Positions 37,301 to 52,471 of a stretch of DNA of 64,000 bases are shown here, in pieces. The DNA is from Eledone cirrhosa (Eukaryota), in assembly GCA_964016885.1 (NCBI GenBank), contig CAXHJY010000151.1, forward strand, positions 62,001-126,000, in the 5' to 3' direction. Below the pieces are notes generated by a model, which did no database searches, was not told the origin of the DNA, and saw only the letters and a program-made list of their open reading frames with translations. The translations under genes were made by a program, and so were the position numbers. Positions within the stretch are counted from its first letter, which is position 1. Every line of letters starts with the position of its first letter.

Positions 37301-37759
37301 GAACGTTTGTCTGGAAGTGGCGATCCATGCCCGGTGGATAGTTGGTTCCGGGTTTTACTATGATTGTTGCAAAACAGAAACTTAAAGGGATTGACAGAAT
37401 TTGCCATTCCGGAGAGGGGGCGATCCGTCTGCTTGATTCCGATAACGAACGAGACATTCGTATCCGAAAGAACGTTTGTCTGGAAACTGGTGAGTCAGTG
37501 AGTCGAAAAAAAAATATCTCGGTGGTAGTAGCAAATATTCGTATGCGAAAGAAAAGATCTCGGTGGTAGTAGCAAATATTCGAACGAGACATTCGTATGC
37601 GAAAGAAAAATATCTCGGTGGTAGTAGCAAATATTCGAACGAGACATTCGTATTCGAAAGAACGTTTGTCTGGAAGTTGCGATCCATGCCCGGTGGATAG
37701 TTGGTTCCGGGCTTTACTATGATTGTTGCAAAACAGAAACTTAAAGGAATTGACAGAAT
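34366..37759 (+). repeat. rRNA-mosaic tandem array, copy 2
   Basis: Anchors at 34620, 34937, 35254, 35571, 35888, 36347, 36706, 37024, 37342, 37701. Confidence 0.92.
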
Positions 37760-37789
37760 TTTCGAATCGACATCAACTCGGCTACGGCT

Positions 37790-38134
37790 ATCCCGTCGAG
37801 TACGAGAGTATCGCGGGATCAGAGCAACGGTTTGCTAGGCTGCCTCTGAGCGATAACGGCTGAATGCCTCCTCTAAGCCGGAACCCTAGCCGGACCCGAG
37901 TTGTTTTTCGACAAGCGTCTCGACCTTCTTAAGGCCCATGCCTTAGTTTGGCGATTGCCGTCCGTTCGCCGACGGCGGCAGCGTCAGCGGAAATGCCATT
38001 CTGTGACGACTACGACGATTCGTCGTCGTCGTCGTCCATTCGATTTCCTGAAAGAGATAGAGACTAAAGTGATCAAATTGTTCGGAGTTACGTGCTTAGT
38101 AGAGCAGCTACCACACTGCAATCTATTGAGAGTT
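37790..38134 (+). pseudogene. 28S rRNA 3'-terminal fragment, copy 2
   Basis: Same as 8281-8625 (offset 29509) with a few substitutions. Confidence 0.8.
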
Positions 38135-39805
38135 TTCTGACGAACGATACAATCCGCCCACGTGGCGCCAGAAAGGGAGAAGAAAAGAAAAGTTAGACGC
38201 CGCCGATCGATCGGTTCGTTGTTTTACGTGTACACAGCTTGTGTGTGTGTCTGTATGTGATACAAGCCGCCTATCCGTCTTCCAAGTAAGTTTTGTGTGT
38301 AGACTGCGGAAAGAAATCCAATCCGCCGTCTAGGCGGTTCTGCCGCCGACCCATACTTTTGCGAGTCGCTCCCGGGAAAGACAGGCGGCAAGACGGCGTG
38401 TATACACGACGCCTTCCGTCTTCCGCCTCGAACCCGGGCAAACGTTCCTTTATTCGTCCACGCCTTCCCGCTTCGATCGCGAGAAAGTAATCAATCTGTT
38501 TTGTGTGTGTGTCTGTGTGTGATACAAATTTGTTTTCTTAATTTGATAACCATGAATTGTTTCAACACCGGCCCTTTTAAGGGCCACTTATATTTTCAAT
38601 AATCAGTTTAAATGGGTTGCACCGTAGCCACTTGGTAATACACTGCAAATCTCCCGTCAATCTATGAAGGTTTTGTAGTAGATTAGATCAAAACACAATC
38701 AGCAAGACAGTAATGGAATGAATAATATAAACATTTGTTTATAATTAAAGCCTTAAGATGTCCCTCCCTCCCTCCCTTCCTTCCTTCCTTCCTTCCTTCC
38801 TTCCTTCCTTCCTTCCTTACGATATACACTTTAATAACATTGAAACTTATTTAATAAGTTTAAATTTTAAACACTTTTTATTCAGACGTACCGCGATAAG
38901 TAACTAGATATGTTCTAACGAATAATCCGCGATGTGGCGAGGATTACCGCGATAGGAAATTAGATACGTTCCAAAGAAATATCCGCGAAAAGTGAACCGC
39001 GATATAGCGGGCTCACCAGCCAGTGTATTACTGGTACTTTATTTTATCGACCCCCATAAGGATGAAAGGCAAAGTTAACTGTGCAATAACAAAGGGAGAT
39101 AACCTCGTCTTTTTTTTTTTACGGAGTTATTTCCCTTTAAATTTTATCTATTACTTATGATGATACAATTTAATCAGTTCTTAGCTGTCGAGACACTGCA
39201 TCCTTTAAAACCTCCATGGAACAAGCTACCTGCAACAGTTGTTAGCTGTCGAGACACTGCATCTTTTAAAACCTCCATGGAACAAACTACCTGCATCAGT
39301 TGTTAGGGTCTGAGTTCAAATCACGCCGAGGAGGTTAACTTTGCCTTTCATCCTTACGGGGTCGGTCGGAAAACGAACCATTCCCGGTTCGCTTTCGAAG
39401 CGGGTTTCCGAAAACAGCGCTTCTCTCGACCGGGCCCGTCGTCCGCTCGGCGGTGGTTTTCATCGTCCCAGGCACGGCTAACAGGCGGAGACGGGACAAA
39501 CGCGCGTGTTCCTTTTTTTATCAGCCGCAGCGCCGTTCGTATATATGCTTAGGTTGTTTTTTTTTTAAATATCCTAAGTTAAGTTGGGGCTAAGTTAAGT
39601 TGGGGCTAAGTTAAGTTGAGGTTAAGTTGAGTTGGGGTTAAGTTAAGTGGGGGTTAAGTTAAGCTGGGGTTAAGTTAAGTTGAGGTTAAGTTAAGTTGGG
39701 GTTAAGTCAAGTTGGGGTTAAGTTAAGTTGGGGTTAAGTTAGGTTGGGGTTAAGTTAGGTTGGGGTTAAGTTAAGTTGGGGTTAAGTTAGGTTGCGGTTA
39801 AGTTA

Positions 39806-42800
39806 CATTCGCCGCCGGACTTCAGCTTCCTCATTTAGCATGGGCAGTTTTTCTTGAAAATCACACCACACACAGCAAATGTGTGTCCGCACATGTACCA
39901 GTAATTACAGATCGATTCCGGTGAAAATTCACTGAAAACGGGCCATCCGGCCCTGTGCGTCGATCGTGGGCCGGCCGGATGTTGACGGATCGATGTGTAA
40001 TTAGAAGTACATGTGCGGACACTCATTGGCTGTGCGTGGTATGCATTTCAGCAAGATATCTCCGTAACATCAAGAGTTATGGCTGTGGAGGCACACCTAG
40101 TCAAACGTAAACAAGGTCTGGAGCGTTTACGCTTCGCGATTTTGTTTACGTTTGACTAGGTGTGCCTCCACAGCCACAACTCTTGATGTTACGGAGATAT
40201 CTTGCTGAAATGCATACCGCGCACAGCCAATGAGTGTCCGCACATGTACTTCTAATTACACATCGATCCGTCAACATCCGGCCGGCCCACGATCGACGCA
40301 CAGGGCCGGATGGCCCGTTTTCAGTGAATTTTCACCGGAATCGATCTGTAATTACTGGTACATGTGCGGAGACACATTTGCTGTGTGTGGTGTGATTTTC
40401 AAGAAAAACTGCCCATGCTAAATGAGGAAGCTGAAGTCCGCCGGCGAATGGTGTGCTTCGAAGAAAACTAATTCGAAAATGACCGTTTGCAGGCGGAGTA
40501 ACCTTTTCGATCGTGGGCCAGCCGCCCGTGGTGGGATACATCTGTAATTACTGGTACATGTGCGGACATACATTTGCTGTGTGTGGTGTGATTTTCAAGA
40601 AGAACTGCCCATGCTAAATGAGGAAGCTGAAGTCCGCCGGCGAATGGTGTGCTTCGAAGAAAACTAATTCGAAAATGACCGTTTGCAGGCGGAGTAACCT
40701 TTTCGATCGTGGGCCAGCCGCCCGTGGTGGGATACATCTGTAATTACTGGTACATGTGCGGACACACATTTGCTGTGTGTGGTGTGATTTTCGAGAAAGA
40801 CTGCCCATGCTAAATGAGGAAGCTGAAGTCCGCCGGCGAATGGTGTGCATCGAAGAAAACTAATTCGAAAATGACTATTTGCCGGCGGAATCACCTTTTC
40901 GGTCCTGGTCCGGCCGGATCTTGCCGGATCGATCGGAAATTTGTGGACCATGTTCGGAAGGCCATTGTGCATGTGTGATGAAAAAAATTTGTGTCGAAAT
41001 CTTCTCGGAAAATAACGGATCGCCGGCGGAGATTGCCATTTCGATCGTGGGCCGGCCGGATCTTGTCGGATCGATTCGGACATATGTGCATCGTGTTCGC
41101 AAGGCCCTTGTCTATGTGTGGTGTGATTTTCATAAAGAAATTCCGAAAAACCCAGTTTTAAATCTGATTTCGCTAAAGAATTTTGGCTATCAGATCGGGT
41201 TGAAAGGTATGGTTTCAGGTCGATCTGAAAGTCTAAAATGGAATTCACTCGGTTAGCTAACTTTTGATATATCGGAGATATCTTTCTGAAAATCACACCA
41301 CACACTCCCAATGAGTGTCTGCACATGTACCAGTAATTACAGATGGATCCCACCACGGGCGGCCGGCCCACGATCGAAAAGGTTACTCCGAAGCACACCA
41401 TTCGCCGGCGGAATTCATTTAGCATGGGCAGTTTTTCTCGAAAATCACACCACACACAGCCAATGAGTGTCCGCACATGTACCAGTAATTACAGATGGAT
41501 CCCACCACGGGCGGCTGGCCCACGATCGAAAAGGTTACTCCGCCTGCAAACGGTCATTTTCGAATTAGTTTTCTTCGAAGCACACCATTCGCCGGCGGAC
41601 TTCAGCTTCCTCATTTAGCATGGGCAGTTTTTCTCGAAAATCACACCACACACAGCAAATGTGTGTCCGCACATGTACCAGTAATTACAGATCGATTCCG
41701 GTGAAAATTCACTGAAAACGGGCCATTCTGCCCTGTGCGTCGATCGTGGGCCGGCCGGATGTTGACGGATCGATGTGTAATTAGAAGTACATGTGCGGAC
41801 ACTCATTGGCTGTGCGTGGTATGCATTTCAGCAAGATATCTCCGTAACATCAAGAGTTATGGCTGTGGAGGCACACCTAGTCAAACGTAAACAAGCTCTG
41901 GAGCGTATACGCTTCGCGATTTTGTTTACGTTTGACTAGGTGTGCCTCCACAGCCACAACTCTTGATGTTACGGAGATATCTTGCTGAAATGCATACCAC
42001 GCACAGCCAATGAGTGTCCGCACATGTACTTCTAATTACACATCGATCCGTCAACATCCGGCCGGCCCACGATCGACGCACAGGGCCGGATGGCCCGTTT
42101 TCAGTGAATTTTCACCGGAATCGATCTGTAATTACTGGTACATGTGCGGACACACATTTGCTGTGTGTGGTGTGATTTTCACGAAAAACTGCCCATGCTA
42201 AATGAGGAAGCTGAAGTCCGCCGGCGAATGGTGTGCTTCGAAGAAAACTAATTCGAAAATGACCGTTTGCAGGCGGAGTAACCTTTTCGATCGTGGGCCA
42301 GCCGCCCGTGGTGGGATCCATCTGTAATTACTGGTACATGTGCGGACACACATTTGCTGTGTGTGGTGTGATTTTCGAGAAAGACTGCCCATGCTAAATG
42401 AGGAAGCTGAAGTCCGCCGGCGAATGGTGTGCTTCGAAGAAAACTAATTCGAAAATGACTATTTGCCGGCGGAATCACCTTTTCGGTCCTGGTCCGGCCG
42501 GATCTTGCCGGATCGATCGGAAATTTGTGGACCATGTTCGGAAGGCCATTGTGCATGTGTGATGAAAAAAATTTGTGTCGAAATCTTCTCGGAAAATAAC
42601 GGATCGCCGGCGGAGATTGCCATTTCGATCGTGGGCCGGCCGGATCTTGTCGGATCGATTCGGACATATGTGCATCGTGTTCGCAAGGCCCTTGTCTATG
42701 TGTGGTGTGATTTTCATAAAGAAATTCCGAAAAACCCAGTTTTAAATCTGATTTCGCCAAAGAATTTTGGGTATCAGATCGGGTTGAAAGGTATGGTTTC

Positions 42801-45360
42801 AGGTCGATCTGAAAGTCTAAAATGGAATTCACTCGGTTAGCTAACTTTTGATATATCGGAGATATCTTTCTGAAAATCACACCACACACTCCCAATGAGT
42901 GTCTGCACATGTACCAGTAATTACAGATGGATCCCACCACGGGCGGCCGGCCCACGATCGAAAAGGTTACTCCGAAGCACACCATTCGCCGGCGGAATTC
43001 ATTTAGCATGGGCAGTTTTTCTCGAAAATCACACCACACACAGCCAATGAGTGTCCGCACATGTACCAGTAATTACAGATGGATCCCACCACGGGCGGCT
43101 GGCCCACGATCGAAAAGGTTACTCCGCCTGCAAACGGTCATTTTCGAATTAGTTTTCTTCGAAGCACACCATTCGCCGGCGGACTTCAGCTTCCTCATTT
43201 AGCATGGGCAGTTTTTCTCGAAAATCACACCACACACAGCAAATGTGTGTCCGCACATGTACCAGTAATTACAGATCGATTCCGGTGAAAATTCACTGAA
43301 AACGGGCCATTCTGCCCTGTGCGTCGATCGTGGGCCGGCCGGATGTTGACGGATCGATGTGTAATTAGAAGTACATGTGCGGACACTCATTGGCTGTGCG
43401 TGGTATGCATTTCAGCAAGATATCTCCGTAACATCAAGAGTTATGGCTGTGGAGGCACACCTAGTCAAACGTAAACAAGCTCTGGAGCGTATACGCTTCG
43501 CGATTTTGTTTACGTTTGACTAGGTGTGCCTCCACAGCCACAACTCTTGATGTTACGGAGATATCTTGCTGAAATGCATACCACGCACAGCCAATGAGTG
43601 TCCGCACATGTACTTCTAATTACACATCGATCCGTCAACATCCGGCCGGCCCACGATCGACGCACAGGGCCGGATGGCCCGTTTTCAGTGAATTTTCACC
43701 GGAATCGATCTGTAATTACTGGTACATGTGCGGACACACATTTGCTGTGTGTGGTGTGATTTTCACGAAAAACTGCCCATGCTAAATGAGGAAGCTGAAG
43801 TCCGCCGGCGAATGGTGTGCTTCGAAGAAAACTAATTCGAAAATGACCGTTTGCAGGCGGAGTAACCTTTTCGATCGTGGGCCAGCCGCCCGTGGTGGGA
43901 TACATCTGTAATTACTGGTACATGTGCGGACACACATTTGCTGTGTGTGGTGTGATTTTCGAGAAAGACTGCCCATGCTAAATGAGGAAGCTGAAGTCCG
44001 CCGGCGAATGGTGTGCTTCGAAGAAAACTAATTCGAAAATGACTATTTGCCGGCGGAATCACCTTTTCGGTCCTGGTCCGGCCGGATCTTGCCGGATCGA
44101 TCGGAAATTTGTGGACCATGTTCGGAAGGCCATTGTGCATGTGTGGTGAAAAAAATTTGTGTCGAAATCTTCTCGGAAAATAACGGATCGCCGGCGGAGA
44201 TTGCCATTTCGATCGTGGGCCGGCCGGATCTTGTCGGATCGATTCGGACATATGTGCATCGTGTTCGCAAGGCCCTTGTCTATGTGTGGTGTGATTTTCA
44301 TAAAGAAATTCCGAAAAACCCAGTTTTAAATCTGATTTCGCCAAAGAATTTTGGCTATCAGATCGGGTTGAAAGGTATGGTTTCAGGTCGATCTGAAAGT
44401 CTAAAATGGAATTCACTCGGTTAGCTAACTATTGATATATCGGAGATATCTTTCTGAAAATCACACCACACACTCCCAATGAGTGTCTGCACATGTACCA
44501 GTAATTACAGATGGATCCCACCACGGGCGGCCGGCCCACGATCGAAAAGGTTACTCCGAAGCACACCATTCGCCGGCGGAATTCATTTAGCATGGGCAGT
44601 TTTTCTCGAAAATCACACCACACACAGCCAATGAGTGTCCGCACATGTACCAGTAATTACAGATGGATCCCACCACGGGCGGCTGGCCCACGATCGAAAA
44701 GGTTACTCCGCCTGCAAACGGTCATTTTCGAATTAGTTTTCTTCGAAGCACACCATTCGCCGGCGGACTTCAGCTTCCTCATTTAGCATGGGCAGTTTTT
44801 CTTGAAAATCACACCACACACAGCAAATGTGTGTCCGCACATGTACCAGTAATTACAGATCGATTCCGGTGAAAATTCACTGAAAACGGGCCATTCGGCC
44901 CTGTGCGTCGATCGTGGGCCGGCCGGATGTTGACGGATCGATGTGTAATTAGAAGTACATGTGCGGACACTCATTGGCTGTGCGTGGTATGCATTTCACT
45001 AAGATATCTCCGTAACATCAAGAGTTATGGCTGTGGAGGCACACCTAGTCAAACGTAAACAAGGTCTGGAGCGTTTACGCTTCGCGATTTTGTTTACGTT
45101 TGACTAGGTGTGCCTCCACAGCGACAACTCTTGATGTTACGGAGATATCTTGCTGAAATTCATACCACGCACAGCCAATGAGTGTCCGCACATGTACCTG
45201 TAATTACACATCGATCCGACGACGGACAGAGTATTCGGTTTATTTTCTTGACATATTTCTTTACATATTGTCCAGGCATGCACTTTTTCCATGATTAGTT
45301 CTGTTGACGGCCCGCTTTCCAAAATACCTTATCCTGTGCAACGCCGGGTACCACTGCTAG
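39806..45360. repeat. palindromic higher-order satellite plus Helitron-type 3' end, copy 2
   Basis: Offset 29517 from copy 1; CTAG at 45357-45360. Confidence 0.93.
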
Positions 45361-45579
45361 TATATATATGTGTATGTATATATATATATATATATTGGTA
45401 AACGGAATAGAAAATTGTGACAAATTGTTCACAGTGAAAAATAGTTTAATTAGGAATAAGTGATAATTAGTAATAGTATTGGTTAGTATTAAGTTTTGGT
45501 TTTAAGTTTTACCGGTTGCGCATTTCTAATGCTTTTCAAAAATAATTTTGAGATAGAGCGTCCGTGATGTTTGCTCTGA

Positions 45580-45625
<46 letters not shown>

Positions 45626-48600
45626 AACAGTAGAAAGGAAAAAGATTTTTTCAGTAGAAATTGCTGAAGAGATTCTTTCAGTGTAATTTCAAAACATTAA
45701 TTTATTTATAAAGTGGATATTTCCACATTTAATAATGGCACTGGGTTCAGCATTATATACATTGTCAATTGTGGATTCTACTTTTGGCACAAGGGCTGCA
45801 ATTATCCAGTACATTACTGGTACTTTATTATTTATACAAATAATAATTGTTTCTACTTTTGGCACAAGGGCAGCAATTACCCAGTACATTACTGGTACTT
45901 TATTATTTATACAAATAATAATTGTTTCTACTTTAGGCACAAGGTCAGCAATTACCCAGTACATTACTGGTACTTTATTATTTATACAAATAATAATTGT
46001 TTCTACTTTAGGCACAAGGTCAGCAATTACCCCAGTACTTTATTTTATCGACCCCGTAAGGATGAAAGAAAAGTTAACCTCAACGGGATTTGAACTCAGT
46101 CTGTAAAGGGAGGTAACTGCTGGATTAATTTGGTTAATTAAGTTAACAGAAATTATGAACCGGTTTCTACAGAGCCTTCTGGACATTTAACCCTTTAGCA
46201 TTTAAACCAGCCATACCTAGCCAGAATACTCTCACATCTTTCTGTTCAAACCAGCCATAACTGGCCACTCATACTGACGTTAAGGTATTGTTCTCAATAT
46301 AAATAATATCAAAATCTCATAGATTCGATATTATATGAGATAATTATGTAAGATAAAGCCTTTACCACAAAAATACAATAGTATATATAGAGTAATAAAA
46401 ATGCTAAAGGGTAAAAGTAGCTTATTATTTTGTGAGCTCTTGCTACTTATTGCTCTTGTGCATCAAGAACATACACAGCTTACATTTTGTTGCTAATCTC
46501 ACTGAGATCCAACTACATCTCTTGTTTATCCATAGTTTGGAATTTCTACCTACTCCTTTCCTTTAGAATGATCAAGGCCATTTTCTTGTGGGGATCTAGG
46601 CCCTGTTTTCCTTTCTATTTTGCCAAGTTATCTTACATCACTTTCATTCTAGACCATGCTTCCAGGTTTGGAAGTTCTCCTCTAATTTTACCACAGATTA
46701 AGTGACAAGGGTTCAATCATGTGCATACAGGAGTTCCCATGGACAGCCAGTAATATGTAATAGCCTGCAGGATGATAATAAACAGAAGAGGGTTAATTAC
46801 AGAGCCCTGATAGAGGGTTAATAACAGAGCCCTGATAGACTTGTTCACTCAACTCCTCACTATAGCCATCATTACTTTTAACCTTACTGACTGCTCCTCC
46901 ATACATGGCTTTTACTGCTCTCACAAGCCACTCATATACCCCTAGTTTTCTAAGTTATACACCAGATTAGGGAAGGGGGAAGTCTCACAGAAGCTCTCTC
47001 TGGGTCAACAAATGCCAAGTAGAGGGGCTTATTTTAGCTAGGTACTACTCTTGCAGTTGCCACACAAGGAAGAGGACATCAGTGGTACTTTTACCTGGCA
47101 CAAATCCAAACTTCATCTCATCTAGGTTAACTTGGTCCCTAATCAGCTGTGTTATAAATCTAACACCTTCATGAAGTGGTCCATCTAATATCTCTATAGT
47201 TTTCTAGCTCTAGTACATCTCCTTTGCCCTTGTAGCAGTTGATGATGATGATACTACACCATTTATTTGGTATGACACCATTTTGTATTACATGCTGTAC
47301 GATACCAGTGGTTAAGATGTGACCCACCATCCCAGATACTTTCAGTATCTCAGCAACTATCACCAATGGACAAGATACTTTCTCTGTCTTCATATCCTTA
47401 ATTACCTTACTTCATATCCTTAATTACCTTACTGCTTACTTGTATGGCTGGACCCTCTGTTGGGCCCACTTTCCGTAGACTATCTTCCTCCCATGCATTC
47501 TCCTCATTCAGTAATCTTTCATAAAGGCATTTCCATGTTACAAAGGTTGGCTGAAAAGTTCATAGACTATCAATGATAGCATGATGCTAGAGCTGTGAAA
47601 TCTTGCCTGCATTAATTTCAACTCTTCTTATTAATAACTGCATTGTTTCCTTCCAGGGACTATGTTGAAAAATAAACCTCATTTGGTCATTCCATGAGTG
47701 TATCTTGGTCTGCCTATGAACTTTTCAGCTGACCCTATTCAGCATCAGTGAGCCCAAATGCCCCATTATCATCCTGGACACACTTTACCCCAACATCACA
47801 ATTTGCCCTCACACACTGCCTCACAATCCTGAACATCTCATGTATTTCATCCTCACATCATAAAACCAACTGAAATTATATATTCTCTGCTTCCCTCCTT
47901 GCAAAGAATACTTCTTGCCTAGCTTCCTGTAGTGTACCCTCCAGCTGCCTCCATTCTGCCATTATTCCATGCCTGTCTCTTGGCCTTAACTGTCTCATCT
48001 ACCCTAGTGTTTCACCACCAAGATACTCTCCTCTCTGAAGCCCTGCTCCAGCCACAGATCTAGTTTGACACCTTCAGCAAAGGTTCTTTAAGGAACTCCC
48101 ACTGTTCCCCTATATTGTATGTTTCTATTTGTTCTTCCTTACTGTTGTAAAGATCAAACAAAATATCTCTAAATTTGGAACTGGCTGAGGGGTCCTTTAA
48201 CTTCCATATCCTTCTCCTCCAAGTTGCCCTCAGTCTTCAAGTTCATCTAAGTCTATGAAATCACTAACTACTGGGTTATGTTGGGAGGTGCATTCTTCCC
48301 CAGGGGGTGGGGATTGTGTGTTTACAAATGTCAATATCTCATCTTCTGGTGAGGATAAAAATCTGACTGGCATGCTCCTCTGACCAATAGGTGTTGAAGT
48401 GGTTGTCGGGTAAACGTTAAGACCCTCTGATATACATATATATATATATACTAGCAGTGGTACCCGGCGTTGCACGGGATAACGTATTTCGGAACGCGGG
48501 CCGCCATCTTCCACTTCAGCCGGTCGCCCTAAAGTGTTGGCGGTTCAGTCTACTTGAGGCCAGTTGGTGAGGGGGGTAAAGCTTTCAGTGTGCTACTACC

Positions 48601-50468
48601 CTCACGGTCAAATAGAAAGGGAGAGGAAGAAAAGTCAGCGTTAATATCGTGCTACACGTTTGAAAGGTTGGATGACCTTAGAGTTCACCAGGGTGGGGGG
48701 TTCTAAAAGTATCTATCTTGGTATTTTATCTTAGAAGTAATCATTACAGAGTGTACTGGGTGTATTTTAGTGGGCAGTAATTCCATAAAGAACACAGTAT
48801 AATCTGTGGACACAAGCCTTGCAGTGTGATTACAGGCAGGTTAATGGGAAAGATAGATTATATATGTGACATGATGTACATGAGAAGTGAGGACACAGAC
48901 CACACATGAAATAGATTCCTACAACTGTCAGGGAGGCTCCCTAGAATTACAGATGACATATTTCAATATCTCGGTGATCAAGTTAGCAGTGGAGGAAGAA
49001 TCTCTAAAAGTGTAATACCCAGGATAAGGACAGGCTGGAAGAAGTTTAGAGTACTGTTCCATCTGTTGACAACAAAGGGCTTCTCTCTCAGAATGGAGGC
49101 TAGACTGCTTGATACTTATGTGTGGTCTGCAATCTACACCCCAGCCATGCCCCTTCCACTACCACTCCTTAGCTATTTCTCTCCATTAATACTCCTCACA
49201 TTTCAAGCAGTTTTCTCATCTCAATGAAAGAAAAATATTGGGCTCAAGAGAAGTCTTCAGTTATGCCATGGTGTGGCAACCTCCCTAGGGTTGGGCAGAG
49301 TGTAAATGAGAGTGAAATTAGGTATGAGAGGGATCATATGCAGTATACAAGAGAGTAGATTACATTGGTATGGTCATGTGATGGGTATAAAGGATGACAG
49401 CTGTATAAAAATGTGCTGGGCAATCAAAGTTGATGGAAGTTATGAAGGCGGAAGACCCAGGATGACCTGGGATGAGGTGATAAAAGATGACTTTGCACAA
49501 TTGCAACTCTCAAAGACAATGACACAGGATAGAGATCTTGAGATGTATGCAGCAATACAGAAGGCCTGCTTTCCAATGTGCACGGACTCAAACATACATC
49601 TAGTAGGCCCCTCCTAACCACTATACTCCTTTCCAAACTCCCACACTCCCACTTCTGTACACACCACCTTTAGACTGTAAAGTGGTAGTGTACAAGTCAC
49701 AACAAAAGCACCCAGTCCACTCTGTAAAGTTGATGTGTTGGTGTCATAACAAAAGGCACTCAGTCCACTCTGTAAAGAGGTTGTGTAAGTGTCACAACAA
49801 AGACATCTAGTCCACACTGTAAAGTGGTCATGTAGGTGTCACAACAAAAAGTACCAGTCATTATTGTAAAGTGGTTGTATAGGTGTCATAACAAAAAGCA
49901 CCCAGTCGACACTGTAAAGTGGTTGTGTAGGTGTCAGAACCAAAAGCACCCAGTCCACCCTGTAAAGTGGTTGTGTAGGTGTCATGATAAAAAGCACCCA
50001 GTCCACACAGTAAAGTGGTCATGTAGGTGTCACTAAAAAAGCACCCAGTCTACTCTGTAAAGTGGTCATGTAGGTGTCATGACAAATAGCACCCAGTCCA
50101 CCCTGTAAAGTGTTCATGTAGGTGTCATGATGGAGAGTAACCAGTCCACAATGTAAAGTAGCCATGTAGCTGTCACAACAAAGCACCCAGTCCACACTGT
50201 AAAGTGGTCATGTAGGTGTCATTTCAAAAAGCACCCAGGTCCATGGCTTGGCCTGCTAACCGACGCTATACCCAAGTCGGTCGCCATGCTTTCCAGCATA
50301 GAGTTACGTCTCTTTATGGTCTGAGTTCAAATCACGCCGAGGTTAACTTTGCCTTTCATCCTTACGGGGTCGATAAAATAAAGCACCAGTAATGTACTGG
50401 GGTCGATTTAATCGACTTTCCCCTCCTCTGCCAAATGACACACACATGCATGGTTCGGGGGAACCTAC

Positions 50469-50516
<48 letters not shown>

Positions 50517-51394
50517 GTAGGTCACTGGTTGAGTCGGTATTAACCACAGTAACTAAGGTACTCAATACATATTAGATATAGGTGTCTTTCTAATTGCTGG
50601 CCTTGTTCATAAGGTATACACAAGTATGATGTGTGTCTGTTTAACTGTACGTGTGAAAACATCGCGAAATTGCGCCTTTTAATATTTGAATATAAACAGT
50701 TAAAAAATAATTATTTTAGTAATTTTTAAATATCGATAATGTGTATATAAATATTAGAAATCAATTTAATTAGTTCAGTAACATTACTCGGAGTTAAGAT
50801 AAACCTTCATTTGAAGAAATTCGAGATTTGACCAAATAAATAGATTATGTGATCAATAAAAAAAATATGTATACGCGCTTGAACGACGGGTTGCAGACAG
50901 TCAGGCATACAGACACATATTTTAAAGCGTGCGACGTTAAAAGTCTTACTCTCTCTCTTTTTAGATAGATAGACTTAATTAAAGCAGTTTCACTCTCTCT
51001 ATATTTCATCAGCTCTCTCTTAAATTGAAAGATTCATTAAGGCTGAAATAATCTAAACAGTAACATCATATTCGCCAGCTCTAGCTTGCGTCCAGAGATA
51101 TACACACACATATATATATATTTTTTTTGTTATCGAGTTGAGCTTTGCCAAGCATAGAATTCCAAATTTGACCATCTCCACTGAAAATGTTCGTGAAATA
51201 GTCTTTAAGAAGCAATTTAATTTTTTCCAACTGAAACTGTAAGTATTTTAAAATTTATTTCAACATGGTCTTAAAAGATTGTTGGCTTTTTTTAAATTCA
51301 TAACTATTTACTATGAAATATAAATTATTAAATCCAATTTATTTGATAACCATGATTTGATTTTATAATTACCTGAATCACGTTAACATGTATG

Positions 51395-51425
<31 letters not shown>

Positions 51426-51678
51426 GTGTGTGTATATATATATATATATAATAATTGTTTCTACGTTACGCAGTGTATTACTGGTACTGTATTTTACGAT
51501 ATTAAATATTAAATATTAACTATTAGATATTAAATATTAAATATTAGATATTAGATATTAAATATTAAATATGATATCCCTGAAATATATATAATGAAAT
51601 AAATATGGTTTTATAAATGTAATTTCCATTTGTTTAATATCAAATATATATATATATATATATATGTATTTATGTATA

Positions 51679-51748
<70 letters not shown>

Positions 51749-51975
51749 GCAGACACAGACACAGAATATCGTATATATCACACACACACAATTAAGACTT
51801 GACGTGTTGCAGACAGCCAGACATACAGAGAGATATTTTAAAGCGTGCGACCTTAAATGCCTTACTCTTTCTCTTATCAAAAGAGAAAGAGTAATGCTAA
51901 CACTTACGTCTACTTCACGCTCTCTTGAACCGTTACAGAAATTGCATCACATCTAATTATAACTTTGTACGTTTG

Positions 51976-52087
<112 letters not shown>

Positions 52088-52090
52088 CAC

Positions 52091-52140
<50 letters not shown>

Positions 52141-52202
52141 GTGTGTGTGTGTATATATATACACACACACGTGTATATATATATATATATATACACACAC
52201 AC

Positions 52203-52233
<31 letters not shown>

Positions 52234-52370
52234 AATACACACACACGTGTGTGTGTATATATATATATATATACACACACACACGTGTGTGTGTATATAT
52301 TTATATATATATATATACACACGTGTGTGTGTATTTATATATATATACACACACACGTGTGTGTGTATAT

Positions 52371-52471
52371 AATAATAATAATGAAATGATTGTGTACAGT
52401 GCTCAGGTGCACTACAACTCATCAAAGGTGCATGTATAGTACATAGAATAATGTACAAATGTCAGGAAAAT
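52371..52471 (-). mobile_element. ~100-bp retroposon-like 3' end with (ATT)n tail at a rearrangement junction
   Basis: Unique in the window; the reverse complement ends ...GCACCTGAGCACTGTACACAATCATTTC(ATT)n. Confidence 0.55.
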
